Shown: positions 1 through 10,205 of the stretch, one piece after another
Position numbering within the stretch: the first letter of the stretch is position 1
Layout of the letters: each line of letters starts with the position of its first letter
Source of the DNA: a virus
Strand: one strand, 5' to 3'
DNA length: 64,000 bases
IMG/VR virus record: IMGVR_UViG_3300009082_000017
Span: 32,001-96,000 of that record
The notes under the pieces: model-generated
Seen by the model: only the letters and a program-made list of their open reading frames with translations
The model's database searches: none
Told to the model about the DNA's origin: nothing
Program-made: the position numbers and the translations under genes

Positions 1-968
1 GATAAGTTAAATTGATCTCTAAGAACAGCACTTTTTGCATCTTTATTAAGTGTCCCTACTTCTCCCATGATAAGCTTAACTGCTTCTGCTAAATAATTGT
101 TCTTTTGTAAATTACGAATTGTGGGTTGCAATGCTAAATCTGGGAACATGCCGCTAAAATATTGCGTTCTGAAATTCTTTTCGGGTTGCATTTTAAATGC
201 CCACCCACCATCTTCTGGGCTTATATCTCCCCAATAAGCATAAACGTTTTGATCTCTTGTATCTACACTTCGCATGGGGATATAGTCTATAATTTTACTA
301 CCTTCACCAAATAAATTCTGAAATCCCGTTTTGAATGATGGCGCAAAACCATCTATTGGGACACCACCTTGAAGAAAGAAAGTATAATCAAAACTAAAAA
401 GTGTTCCATAATCCCATTTTCCAGTAATCATACACCTATCCGAAGGGAGTTGTTGGAGAAGCCAGCGATCCCCCTCGTTTCTGAATGAGCAGAAGAAAAC
501 TTCTTCACGAAGCATTTGTTTCAATGCGGTAGAAAATTCTTTCTTATGGTCGAACTTATAGAAAAAGTCCTTTAACACTTTTAAATCTTTTTTATATGCA
601 GGACTTTTAAATTCATTGATATCATCCATATTCATTACAGCATAAGTCCAATCCCAAGAAGGAAGATTAGACATATAATCTATAATTCTTCTATATGTCG
701 TAGATGTAACTTCAAGATTTTCAGAAATTGACAAAAGTTCCCGTTCGCTATCTTTGGGATTTGCAAGTGCTTTTTCTGCTTTTTCTTGAGTTATGTCTGA
801 AGAAGAAAGAAGGGACATATCTTTAAGGCGCTGATTGATGAGCATAGGCGAATAAGTTCCTGGATAAAGTCCACCTAAAGATTGTGCAAATTCTAGAGCA
901 GTCCAAACTTGATCTTCTGAAATTAAATCTGGATCAGTTTGAGTAGTCATTTTTTTTGTTTTAGGCAA
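1..968 (-). CDS. Putative portal protein (5' part; runs off window start)
   Basis: Reading frame from TTG at 968 (SD AAAGGAGG), MPKTKKMTTQTDPDLISEDQVW...; I translated only the first ~100 codons. Directly downstream of the terminase, where SPbeta-like phages place the portal. Confidence 0.6.
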   Translation of the reverse strand, partial: MPKTKKMTTQTDPDLISEDQVWTALEFAQSLGGLYPGTYSPMLINQRLKDMSLLSSSDITQEKAEKALANPKDSERELLSISENLEVTSTTYRRIIDYMSNLPSWDWTYAVMNMDDINEFKSPAYKKDLKVLKDFFYKFDHKKEFSTALKQMLREEVFFCSFRNEGDRWLLQQLPSDRCMITGKWDYGTLFSFDYTFFLQGGVPIDGFAPSFKTGFQNLFGEGSKIIDYIPMRSVDTRDQNVYAYWGDISPEDGGWAFKMQPEKNFRTQYFSGMFPDLALQPTIRNLQKNNYLAEAVKLIMGEVGTLNKDAKSAVLRDQFNL

Positions 969-994
969 TTAATTTTACCTCCTTTCTTTGGAGA

Positions 995-2830
995 TTAATA
1001 CATTTGAAATAAGCCCGATATAATATCCCAATCATTACTTGTATCCTCTTCTTTTAATAAAGCTGTATCAAACTCTTGTGAAATAAAAAAATTAACATAA
1101 CTGAGCGCACTATAACGGTCTTTGTTACATCCAGCTTTTTCAACCAATTTCACTTTACCACTAACCAATGCTAAGTCTAAGTTAATGCATTCTGAAATCG
1201 TAAGCCCTGTCTGGACATATGGATTTAAATAAAAGGCATAAATTGATGAATCAGCAGGATTACTTAAAAATTCTTTATTTTTAGATTTAATCAAAAATTC
1301 TTCAGCATCACCATCTAGAATTAAGAATTTCCATAATTTTTTCTGCAAAGAAGATCTAAATAGATTTGCGATTTGGCTATTTAAATCTTGGCTAGCTGAC
1401 ATGGGAAAAATTACAGGCAAAGCATTAATCCCTCTTGCTCTACGCCTAAGCTCTTCTCTAACATCATCTTTGACAGATAAGAAATTTTCATCTACAACTG
1501 TAAAAGGAGGATATGTTTCTCCTCTTTCTTCATCCATGGTATTCTCACTCAAGGAATCAAAAATACTGATACCTGCATTCTGAAGATCTAAACAAACATA
1601 ATCTGCTTCAAAATCGTGATAAAGTTCCTTTATTCTTTTAGCTTGAACCCCAGTATGCTCGCCTTTATGACTTTCCATATAAGAACAATGACGTTCATAC
1701 CCTTCCCCCTTTATGGGAATAAGTCTTATGCACGCCATAATAGAATTATCATTTTTCTTATTTGCTCGCATAGCAACATCACAAGTAATAAATCTAATTT
1801 CACCTTCCACTTTTTCAATGGCATAAGGATTTTTTTTAGCATTAAAATTATCATCTCTTTGAGGATAAAAAGCTTGTTTAAGATTCCTTTTAAATAAAGA
1901 TGACGCAAAAAAACTTTTTCCACTACTGCCAGATGGTATGTTGAGATATTCAAGTTGAAACCCTATCTCATCCATATCGCCTGTTTCATTTTTTATCATA
2001 TCTTCTGTTTTTATTCCATGAAATAATGTGATAAAATAATCAAGCGCTAGAAAATTAGCAGTTTCATCTCCATTTACCATTCTTCTTATACATGACTTTA
2101 CATAAGTATACCAATATTCTGCCGTATACCACGCCGAAGTAATATAAGATATTCTACCATCTTCTATTAAATCTTTATCTGATCCATATTCTGGTTTCAA
2201 CCTATAGGGTGGGGTTCTAACTTCAAGAAAAGGTTTTATTACTTTTTCAAGTATTTCTCTTGGAACCAATCTCGCCTCTTCTATGACGATATAGTGACAT
2301 CTATTCCCTCTTGCCGAATCGGAACTAGGAACAACTTTAATAGTACTACCGCAATGAAAAATACATTCATATGTATTAGAATTTGTTGTTATGTGATCAA
2401 TTTCTCTGGCAACATTAGGATATCTACTTTGCAATTCTTTCATTTTTTCAGAAAGAAGAATTCCTCCTTGAGCGAGTGTTTTTGAACACACAATAATCTT
2501 AATCCCAGGATATAAAACGCATAAAGTAAGTGTCCACACAGCAATAATCCATGTTTTTGCGGCAGCACGACTAGCCACTATATAAGCCAAATTACTTCTT
2601 TGCAATATCCATATCATTAATATTTGATAAGGATGCAAATGAATACCAAAGTAATCCTGGATCAACCTTACTGGGTTGCGACGAAACATAGTTATCCATC
2701 GTTTCAATCTATCTTTTCTTTCACCTTCTAATGTTGAGCTTCTAGTCATAGATTTTGGACGTAAAAATTCATTTTGTGAAGATAAGCTTTTAAGCTCTTT
2801 GTTTTTATATGGGCGAGGAGACGTTGACAT
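995..2830 (-). CDS. Terminase large subunit
   Basis: Walker A-like ASRAAAKT, Walker B-like ARGNRCHYIVIEEA, motif III ITSA, C-terminal nuclease acidic residues (TCDVA, CLDLQN, KDRYSAL). ATG at 2830 has SD GAGGA; the track start is GTG 2842. Confidence 0.9.
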   Translation of the reverse strand: MSTSPRPYKNKELKSLSSQNEFLRPKSMTRSSTLEGERKDRLKRWITMFRRNPVRLIQDYFGIHLHPYQILMIWILQRSNLAYIVASRAAAKTWIIAVWTLTLCVLYPGIKIIVCSKTLAQGGILLSEKMKELQSRYPNVAREIDHITTNSNTYECIFHCGSTIKVVPSSDSARGNRCHYIVIEEARLVPREILEKVIKPFLEVRTPPYRLKPEYGSDKDLIEDGRISYITSAWYTAEYWYTYVKSCIRRMVNGDETANFLALDYFITLFHGIKTEDMIKNETGDMDEIGFQLEYLNIPSGSSGKSFFASSLFKRNLKQAFYPQRDDNFNAKKNPYAIEKVEGEIRFITCDVAMRANKKNDNSIMACIRLIPIKGEGYERHCSYMESHKGEHTGVQAKRIKELYHDFEADYVCLDLQNAGISIFDSLSENTMDEERGETYPPFTVVDENFLSVKDDVREELRRRARGINALPVIFPMSASQDLNSQIANLFRSSLQKKLWKFLILDGDAEEFLIKSKNKEFLSNPADSSIYAFYLNPYVQTGLTISECINLDLALVSGKVKLVEKAGCNKDRYSALSYVNFFISQEFDTALLKEEDTSNDWDIISGLFQMY

Positions 2831-2831
2831 T

Positions 2832-3797
2832 TTATTCCTCACTCACGTCCACAACATCATCAACATCGTCTTCTGTATCCACATTAAAATCTCTACTTTG
2901 CGTAATAAAATTTTTAAGAGGACGAGTAACATATTTTTTAAAATAAAAATCAATATTATCAAAATCCTTGAACAAATCTTTATCTTTGCCAGAATAATAT
3001 TCGGCGGGTTCATTTTCTTCTATTATTTTTATAAAAGACGAAAAAGTATCTTGAGCCTTGCCGGAATTAGCAGTAGCAGCTTTTGCAGGGTCTACACTCG
3101 CAGTTCTCATAAGTTCTTGTAGTCGCTTTACCGCCGAAGCATCTCCATTACCTTTACCCATTCTGCTTTTTCTAATATCTAATTCAGCAAAGCATATCTG
3201 ACGAAGCAAAGATTCTTCTGTAGCCGTATCACACTTATGAGTTTTTTTGTATCTCGCCAATTCTGACTCTAGAAACTCATAGTCTTCAAAAACTAAATCC
3301 GGCCCCCAAAAGTCTTTTAAATATTTATTAAAATCAACATCTTCAGTTAACGTTTCATTAGAAGATGACACTTGAACATTATTTCCAGAGCTATGAAAAG
3401 TTAAATTTGTATCATCGCTCAGATTAGATAGAGTAGACAATTTGCTTTTATATATTCCAAAACTTTGAACGTCTTGTTTCCCTTCGTTCTGAAAGTTGAT
3501 AATTTGTTTTTTTGCAGCTTCAACGGCATTTGTCATGTATGCAATATTCAATATTCTACAAGTTCGCAATAATGCTTTTTCTATACTATGCTCCATATTA
3601 TAAGAATTAGTATATATTTCAGCGCAATGTTCTTTACACACGGATAATAATCCAGACCTATCTAATTCTAAATCTGGCGAAGAATAAAAATCTTTCGCTG
3701 GTCTCATTTTCATACAAATTCTACAATAATTTTCTTTTGCATCTAAATCTTTAACTTTCTTAACCAAAACCTTTTTCTTAGTCACGCTTGTTGCCAT
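2832..3797 (-). CDS. Putative terminase small subunit / Zn-finger protein (SPbeta YonG-like position)
   Basis: N-terminal CRIC...CKEHC; immediately upstream of the large terminase; ATG 3797 with SD AAGGAG. Confidence 0.5.
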   Translation of the reverse strand: MATSVTKKKVLVKKVKDLDAKENYCRICMKMRPAKDFYSSPDLELDRSGLLSVCKEHCAEIYTNSYNMEHSIEKALLRTCRILNIAYMTNAVEAAKKQIINFQNEGKQDVQSFGIYKSKLSTLSNLSDDTNLTFHSSGNNVQVSSSNETLTEDVDFNKYLKDFWGPDLVFEDYEFLESELARYKKTHKCDTATEESLLRQICFAELDIRKSRMGKGNGDASAVKRLQELMRTASVDPAKAATANSGKAQDTFSSFIKIIEENEPAEYYSGKDKDLFKDFDNIDFYFKKYVTRPLKNFITQSRDFNVDTEDDVDDVVDVSEE

Positions 3798-3896
3798 CTT
3801 ATTTATTATTCTCCTTAAAAGATATAATTGTATGGGCAACGCGCCCAACCTGATTGTTTATTTATTTTTTTGCATTTCACTACATTTGTTACAAGG

Positions 3897-3969
3897 AGCC
3901 GATGAAAAGTTTCGAACTCTCCACATATCCCCTACAAAGGGATCGCTCTACCAACTGAGCTACACCAGC
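3897..3969 (-). tRNA. tRNA-Thr(UGU)
   Basis: Cloverleaf: GCTGGTG/CATCGGC acceptor, GCTC/GAGC D arm, ATCCC-TTTGTAG-GGGAT anticodon arm, TTCGAAA T loop; no encoded CCA. Confidence 0.85.
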
Positions 3970-4075
3970 CAAATTTGTTATCCAACCCCATAAAATTGCG
4001 ATTTCATGGTATTAATACTATAATATTATAGTAGGCACAATGCGTAGTCACGGCTACTATATCCAAACATATTAC

Positions 4076-5872
4076 CTATTCATATATTAAAGTACATTTA
4101 GCACCATTGTTAACAACAGTTAATCCATTACTAAATGGGGCGTTAAATTCCATTTCTCCGACTACTTTACTGGCATCTATTACAGCTATCTGTGTTCCTG
4201 TTGCCGAAACACTATCATAGATTGTAAATGTACCGGTGTTATCCAAATTTATAACTTTTTGTAAAGTCCCTGCACTATACTTGAGAACAGTTGTAGCGTT
4301 TGTACCAGAATAAAAATATTGTGGAAGGGTAGTAAGTTCACCAAGCCTTAATATGGTTAAGACTTTTATCAAAATTGAATTATCAGTAGTATTTCCACCA
4401 CTATTAATATTTTCAACTCTTGCTTGTAAATCCAATGTCTGAGGTGATTGTAATCCACTTACATCTGTAATTGTATGTAATAAAATATCATTTACAAAAT
4501 ACTTTGCTGAAACCTCAGAAATATTAATAACTATTCTTTTCATTAAAGTATCTATAGCAACTTCTTTACCAAAATTCCCATTAAAACTTCCAGAAGTTAC
4601 AATTGTATCAACGCCCGCTCTTCTATATCCAACTCCAAATGTAGTCCCATCAACTTGGAAAAAATACCCATTATTGTCATCGTATGCACCTGCACGTCTG
4701 ATATTGTTAGCTTGTGGCGCTGTTACAAGTCTAGCGACGCATCTAAACTGATTAGCTGCACCTGTAACTTTTCTTGCCTTTCGAACACTTGTAACTTTTA
4801 TAGTTGAATTAGCTGTTGTTCCAGTAGATACAGTTAATTCCCCTGCTTGGGAAGCACTACCAGTGCCAGTTGCAACAGCAGTCCAAAAATTAGTATCCAA
4901 TGTTGATCCACTAAAAGCTGTCCCGACTAATCTCACTGGGGTTATTGTTTTTAAAGACCCTAATGGATCAACTTCAACACGTGCACCTGTTTCTAAATCT
5001 TCAATTCCAGAAGATACACTAAGCCTTCCATATGAATTCAACGACCTAGGCAAAGGATCTGCAATTGGGCAAAGATAACTTGCTAATCTAAAATATGTTG
5101 TGTCAGTTGTTCCTGTTAATATAACTCTAACTCTCCAATAACCAGTAATTGCCTGTACGGTATTCCCCATTGCACCTTTTGAATAATAATAAGCAAAAGA
5201 ATCAGATATATCCCAATTTGTTCCATCGTCAGACTGTTCAATATAGACTGTAGCATTTTGATCTGTTTTCAAATTCCATTGAAGCCCAACAATTCCTAGA
5301 GTTGAAGTTGGAGAACCTGTAAATGTATATGAATTTGTAGAATCTAAATTTGTAGTACTGCTATTATTTGTATCTGCATGTACTGCTTGGATAGCTGCAA
5401 CACCTAAATATTTTTGACCATCCGCATCGGTATGTGATTCTATTGCGCAACCGGAAGTATCATATATTACAGAATCAATAGATGTTGGGAAATTTGTTAT
5501 ACTTCCACTATATGTCGTAGGAAAATTCAAAATATTCATACTCCCACTAATAGGATTAGCATCATGTACAGCCAAAGCAACATCAGTCCCAACAATAGAT
5601 GTACCTGCTACAATTTTAGCACGAGCATCAGTTGTTGTATCTTTAAGTGCAACAGCGTCTATACTAATAGAAGATCCACAAATAGTAGAATTCATATTAA
5701 TTTGGAATGGGGATACTGTTAAATCTTTATTTATAATTAACCAACTATTTGTATCAGTTAAATAGATTGTTTTACCAATATTTGCCGCTCCACTTATTTT
5801 ACTTCCAGATATATCTGTAGACAATGCCAAGTATGCAGGCATAGTATTTGAGTTTATAAATGTTACAGTCAT
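4076..5872 (-). CDS. Ser/Thr/Gly-rich putative virion structural protein (598 aa)
   Basis: Long ORF with SD AAGGAGG; beta-rich T/S/G composition; lies in the morphogenesis-side operon. Confidence 0.55.
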   Translation of the reverse strand: MTVTFINSNTMPAYLALSTDISGSKISGAANIGKTIYLTDTNSWLIINKDLTVSPFQINMNSTICGSSISIDAVALKDTTTDARAKIVAGTSIVGTDVALAVHDANPISGSMNILNFPTTYSGSITNFPTSIDSVIYDTSGCAIESHTDADGQKYLGVAAIQAVHADTNNSSTTNLDSTNSYTFTGSPTSTLGIVGLQWNLKTDQNATVYIEQSDDGTNWDISDSFAYYYSKGAMGNTVQAITGYWRVRVILTGTTDTTYFRLASYLCPIADPLPRSLNSYGRLSVSSGIEDLETGARVEVDPLGSLKTITPVRLVGTAFSGSTLDTNFWTAVATGTGSASQAGELTVSTGTTANSTIKVTSVRKARKVTGAANQFRCVARLVTAPQANNIRRAGAYDDNNGYFFQVDGTTFGVGYRRAGVDTIVTSGSFNGNFGKEVAIDTLMKRIVINISEVSAKYFVNDILLHTITDVSGLQSPQTLDLQARVENINSGGNTTDNSILIKVLTILRLGELTTLPQYFYSGTNATTVLKYSAGTLQKVINLDNTGTFTIYDSVSATGTQIAVIDASKVVGEMEFNAPFSNGLTVVNNGAKCTLIYE

Positions 5873-5935
5873 AGATCCTCCTTTTTAATTTTTTATTTGT
5901 TTATAATGAATCTATGATGATGATTTTATATAATA

Positions 5936-5967
5936 TAAAAAACTATCATCAATCCGATGATAGTTTT
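5936..5967. terminator. Intrinsic terminator-like hairpin
   Basis: AAAACTATCATC-aatcc-GATGATAGTTTT with A/T tracts; downstream of tRNA-Pro on the minus strand. Confidence 0.65.
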
Positions 5968-6033
5968 CTGCGTTACATAAATATTTGATTATTATATTTC
6001 CATGAAATGTGTGTTTTATTGGAGATTTATCAG

Positions 6034-6107
6034 TAGCGCAAGCGCGATTTGAACGCGCAACCTCAGACTCCCAAAGTCTGACTTCTGCCAAATTGAATTA
6101 CTGCGCT
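6034..6107 (-). tRNA. tRNA-Pro(UGG)
   Basis: AGCGCAG/TTGCGCT acceptor, CAGAC-TTTGGGA-GTCTG anticodon arm, GCGCG-TTCAAAT-CGCGC T arm. Confidence 0.8.
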
Positions 6108-6111
6108 ATAT

Positions 6112-6400
6112 CATTACCCCTCTCACCTTTAACTAGTAAGTAAGAGGGGTCTTACCGCTTAGTTTTGGCTTTCGGACTAACCCTGAGCATTTCTAAGCAT
6201 AGTGATTTTACAACAGTATTTGGTGAGATCTGTAACTCATATTACACTAATTTTTTCGTTGTCTGCCAACTAGGATAGTTCCGTATCTATCCAAATCTGG
6301 GTTTTTCTGTTGTCCCATCAACGACGCAAGCCATTAAGTCTTGCTGACGCTCCGTAGAGCTTTTCAGATTGATAAGGTGTTAGCGCACCGTTGTTTGTTG
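6112..6400 (-). ncRNA. Candidate structured ncRNA co-transcribed with tRNA-Pro
   Basis: No convincing ORF; higher GC than its flanks; between a promoter (6411-6439) and the tRNA; several hairpins (GCTC-TACG-GAGC, GCAAG/CTTGC, GGATAG/CTATCC, 11-bp ACCCCTCTTAC/GTGAGAGGGGT). Confidence 0.4.
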
Positions 6401-6410
6401 TTACTCTATA

Positions 6411-6439
6411 TTTATATCATAGATATTAATATTTGTCAA
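6411..6439 (-). promoter_or_regulatory. sigma70/sigmaA promoter
   Basis: TTGACA-17-TATAAA with extended TG. Confidence 0.7.
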
Positions 6440-6483
6440 GGGTTAAACCACATGAAATATCCGTTTTATTGGGATATTTGTTA

Positions 6484-6993
6484 TTATTTATGTGTATCTT
6501 TACCTATTTTTACCACAACCCAATGTTTCCCCAATTTTAAAAGTTGATCTTTCATAATCTTAAAACCACATTTTTTACAAACAAGCCAATCCCATCCATC
6601 TTCAGCAATACGAAAGACTTCTTCACATTCAGGGCATTTTACTAACATAACGTCTTCGTCTGCCATATTTTTTGCTTTATCAAAAGGATCTTCAACTGAA
6701 GGCCAATTCGCAATAAATATATTTTCAACTTGTTTAATTCCGATAATTTCATAATCTATTTCTTCTTCGGGAACACCTTCAAAAAAGACTTCTGTAATTA
6801 AATCAATTGCCTCGTCCTGAACATCAAAAAAGTTATTACCACCCAAATGAATAGTCCTAGAAACATGTTGATGCAGATCATTAATATCAACATCATCTGG
6901 TAATCCATATTCTTCAAGCATGTCTTCTGGAATTTCTACTTTTTCTTTAATTGAAAACTCTATCTCATATAAATACAATTTATTTATCTCCAC
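6484..6993 (-). CDS. Acidic hypothetical protein with C-terminal Zn ribbon
   Basis: CPEC...CKKC; follows phoH. Confidence 0.7.
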   Translation of the reverse strand: MEINKLYLYEIEFSIKEKVEIPEDMLEEYGLPDDVDINDLHQHVSRTIHLGGNNFFDVQDEAIDLITEVFFEGVPEEEIDYEIIGIKQVENIFIANWPSVEDPFDKAKNMADEDVMLVKCPECEEVFRIAEDGWDWLVCKKCGFKIMKDQLLKLGKHWVVVKIGKDTHK

Positions 6994-6999
6994 CTAAAT

Positions 7000-7830
7000 T
7001 TATTGTAATAAAGCAGCTAATGCGGCAGTTTCAGATCTTTCGGTTTTAATTAGGTGGACACAGCCAAATAATCTATTTCCAAATAATCTAGTATTTAGTC
7101 TTTCTAATCCTGAATTCTTTTCAAATACGACTTTATCTGTTTGATTAGTGTCACCTAAAAACATAATAATAGAATTTTTTCCTACTCGCGAGACCAGAAG
7201 CGCCATATGTTCTGAGGTTAAATTTTCTGATTCATCTACCATAATAATAGTGTTATCAAAACTTCTACCGCGAGCAAAGCCTAGATGCAAAAGTTCAATT
7301 TTGCCATCGTCTATCAATCTCATTAATTCAATTGAACTTCCTAATAAATCTGCGGCAGGCATAGCATAAGGGAGGAGTTTTTCGTTCGCTCCTTGAGGGA
7401 GCGCCCCTAGTGGAACAGAATCCTTTACTTCTACGTTATTTCTTATTAGTACAAGTTTATGATAAGGCGATTTCCCCTTTTCTCCTTTGTCTATTGCATC
7501 TAATGCGTATGTAAAAGCACTATAATTTTTACCGGCTCCTACTACCCCTGTAATTTCCTTGACCGTAATAGTTTCATCTTGCAACAAATCAAAGAGTGCA
7601 AATTGCTCATCGTTGATGGGTTTTACTTTACCAAACCTATAGTTATCAATTGGTTTGAATTTAAGTGGAACAAGATTTTTCCCATCCCACTTTCTTTTTT
7701 CTATAATTTCACCTTCGTTATTTTTTATATATAGATATTGATTTATTTCCATATCTATATTATATCGTCCTTCATAAAACGCGGCAATCTGTTCGTCTTC
7801 CAATGTGATTGTTTTTATTCCGTTGTTCAG
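7000..7830 (-). CDS. phoH: PhoH-family ATPase
   Basis: GVVGAGKN, LGALPQG..EKLLPY, ARGRSFDNTIIMVDESENL, SRVGKNS, LGDTNQTD, TERS motifs. Likely CTG start at 7830 after SD GGAGGTG. Confidence 0.9.
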   Translation of the reverse strand: MNNGIKTITLEDEQIAAFYEGRYNIDMEINQYLYIKNNEGEIIEKRKWDGKNLVPLKFKPIDNYRFGKVKPINDEQFALFDLLQDETITVKEITGVVGAGKNYSAFTYALDAIDKGEKGKSPYHKLVLIRNNVEVKDSVPLGALPQGANEKLLPYAMPAADLLGSSIELMRLIDDGKIELLHLGFARGRSFDNTIIMVDESENLTSEHMALLVSRVGKNSIIMFLGDTNQTDKVVFEKNSGLERLNTRLFGNRLFGCVHLIKTERSETAALAALLQ

Positions 7831-7870
7831 AGAGACACCTCCAAGATGATTTATTTTATGTTACAAATTA

Positions 7871-8869
7871 TTACGAATTTACCAACAATGCTTTTTTCTT
7901 ATTTTTAGACAAAAGATTCTCTTTTGCTCTAGAAATACATTTACAATCTTGGCAACGAATCGAATCCCACATTCCCGCCTGAGTATAATAATGTCCCTCT
8001 TTCACGAGATTTGTAGATCCGCACACAGGACATTGTTCTGTTTCTAAAGTGTTATAGAGAGCAACATTAAAGTTTCTGACATAAGGACGAACCTTATAAA
8101 ACAACTCCTCCGTCGCGCCAATATCTCCAATATTATATTCTAACATTGTCTTTAATGATTCCTCATCACCCTGATCACATCCCTTCCAAAGAAGGAACCC
8201 AGAATTGTCAATTTTATTTCTTATACCAAGTTGATCATTTAGAAATTTCATCTTGTTACTGCTAAAACGGAAATTCTGTTTGGCTACAAGCAAAGTATCT
8301 ACAATTGTATATTTTAGAGGAGGTAGTCCATGACGAAGGAATTCTGTGTTGATATATTTTACGTCAAATTGCGAGTAATTATGTCCGATTACCACATCAG
8401 CTTTAGATAAAAATTCCCAAATAGATTTAGTAATTCTTAGTGTATCACGAGATTTCGCTTCTTTACTTGTAAGGATATCGGAGTACATTTCAGGTTCATT
8501 GAGGAACTTTCCTGCCCAGCCCAATAGACACCCATCAGATATAATTTGATCTAATCCAATATTTTGATCCCAAATTCCCCAATTATAAGAAACAATGGGC
8601 AATGTCTCAATGTCGCATACTGCAACTCTAGGACTTTGTTTTACTTCAATATTTATATTAGGATTTTCATTGTCAAAATTTACAATAATCCCTCGTTTTT
8701 TACACCATTTGCGAAATTTATCACGTAAATCTTCTCTATCTTTTACATCATAACCTTTGTCAGAAAACTTTTTGAATTTATTTTCCCAAAATGGTATTTT
8801 CCCTTGAGATTTTATTTTTGCTTCCAAACATTCATTAAAAACCTTATCGTCTAGTTTTTTAAGATTCAA
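7871..8869 (-). CDS. DEDD/RNase H-like 3'-5' exonuclease with C-terminal Zn ribbon
   Basis: CDIET, GHNYSQFD, VDTL, YNIGD motifs; CPVCGS...CQDC. Confidence 0.8.
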   Translation of the reverse strand: MNLKKLDDKVFNECLEAKIKSQGKIPFWENKFKKFSDKGYDVKDREDLRDKFRKWCKKRGIIVNFDNENPNINIEVKQSPRVAVCDIETLPIVSYNWGIWDQNIGLDQIISDGCLLGWAGKFLNEPEMYSDILTSKEAKSRDTLRITKSIWEFLSKADVVIGHNYSQFDVKYINTEFLRHGLPPLKYTIVDTLLVAKQNFRFSSNKMKFLNDQLGIRNKIDNSGFLLWKGCDQGDEESLKTMLEYNIGDIGATEELFYKVRPYVRNFNVALYNTLETEQCPVCGSTNLVKEGHYYTQAGMWDSIRCQDCKCISRAKENLLSKNKKKALLVNS

Positions 8870-8997
8870 GCTTAGTTCTCCTTATATAAGATTATAATCT
8901 AACTGGCGAGAGTTTTACCCGCTCCCTTAATAAAAATCAATAAAATTGAAATAAATTGGTGGGGACGCTTCTTAGTTCTCAACTAGATTATGTCAAT

Positions 8998-9049
8998 AGT
9001 CTATCATACTTTCCTATTTTTGTCAAGGGTAAATAGAAAACTCGTTCTA
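8998..9049 (-). promoter_or_regulatory. sigma70 promoter plus LexA-like box upstream of -35
   Basis: TTGACA-17-TAGACT (TG extended) at 8998-9026; TAGAAA-actc-GTTCTA at 9034-9049. Confidence 0.6.
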
Positions 9050-9092
9050 CCTAACCCAATAAAATTTCTCTTTCATGGTGTTGAATCATCAT

Positions 9093-9788
9093 CTAAATCA
9101 ATGCCATCTTTGCAGATATTGATGCTATCTGGGTTGCCGACAATTTCTTATTATATGCTACAATAGCCCTGATAATGCAAGTAGAAGTTTGCGTTACCTC
9201 AACAAATTCACCCTCCTCGTAAACATCTAAACCGCCAATAGCAAAGGCTGCTGGGGCGTTTGTAAATGTCGGAGTACTTATAAAGGGTTGTTTTATTTCT
9301 CCATCTAAATACATCCCCTCAGAATTCAGAGCAAAAACACCTGAAGCCGGAGGAGCCTCTTCCATAGAAACTGCCTCTGATACGAAAAAGGAAGAATAAC
9401 CTGAGCTTGTTGTTGTCAGCATGAGGAACTCCGTAATATCTTCTTCTTCCACAAGATACGTGTTCATGGCTCCGAACAAGACTTTGTCTCCTCCTGAAAA
9501 TAGTTCATAGGAAATAATCACGGTAGTATTATCATCTGGTGTTATATCTGCCAATAAGTGAGTTTCACCATTAAAAAACCAGCCCAGTGTCCCGTTAAAG
9601 CTAGGAGCAGCGGTAGTTGTTAGAATTTTGTCTCCAACTAACGAATTATATGATGTGGTCAAATCGACTGCGCCCTTCGCTAACCATGCTCCAAGAACAT
9701 CATCCTTCGATACTCCATTAGCCAGATACCACTCAGGAGGTTTCGAAGTTTCACTATTCATCAATAATAGCATATCTAAAATGTTCAT
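9093..9788 (-). CDS. Putative virion protein, possibly LamG/ConA-like beta-sandwich
   Basis: C-terminal IRAIVAYNKKLSATQI resembles the end of LamG-like domains; FAIGG motif. Confidence 0.5.
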   Translation of the reverse strand: MNILDMLLLMNSETSKPPEWYLANGVSKDDVLGAWLAKGAVDLTTSYNSLVGDKILTTTAAPSFNGTLGWFFNGETHLLADITPDDNTTVIISYELFSGGDKVLFGAMNTYLVEEEDITEFLMLTTTSSGYSSFFVSEAVSMEEAPPASGVFALNSEGMYLDGEIKQPFISTPTFTNAPAAFAIGGLDVYEEGEFVEVTQTSTCIIRAIVAYNKKLSATQIASISAKMALI

Positions 9789-9796
9789 AAAAATTC

Positions 9797-10147
9797 CTAT
9801 GTTGACCTAATCACAAAATCAAAGTCTTGAGCAACATCAGTTTGCAATACAGGAGATGCACTCGTTCCTTCTCTTGCTATTACATAATTCCATGGATAAA
9901 AATCTGTAGGTTTTAAAGAATATGCTCTGGCATAAGATCCTGTGGTTATACTAACTTCTGTGCTTGTACTATCATACAACGGATAATAAGTGTCCCCTTT
10001 GTCTGATACTAAAAAGGTAATAGACGTTGCCGTGAGATGGCTTCCAGAAATTTGCATACCCGAAAGCATCCATTGATTCAACATAAGAGATGCAGATTGT
10101 GATTGCCCAACAGCAAAAGTTTTTGTTACATGTGAAATAGCTGTCAT
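9797..10147 (-). CDS. Hypothetical, probably structural protein
   Basis: ORF with SD AAGGAGG; S/T-rich. Confidence 0.65.
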   Translation of the reverse strand: MTAISHVTKTFAVGQSQSASLMLNQWMLSGMQISGSHLTATSITFLVSDKGDTYYPLYDSTSTEVSITTGSYARAYSLKPTDFYPWNYVIAREGTSASPVLQTDVAQDFDFVIRST

Positions 10148-10205
10148 AATATCCTCCTTTTCTTGCTCATGATATTGTTATTGTTCAAATTTTTTTATCT
10201 TATTT

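Noticed and set aside
8871-8990. Structured leader with GAGAACTAAG repeated twice upstream of the exonuclease
   Set aside because: Only short stems and a single 10-bp repeat; too weak to call.
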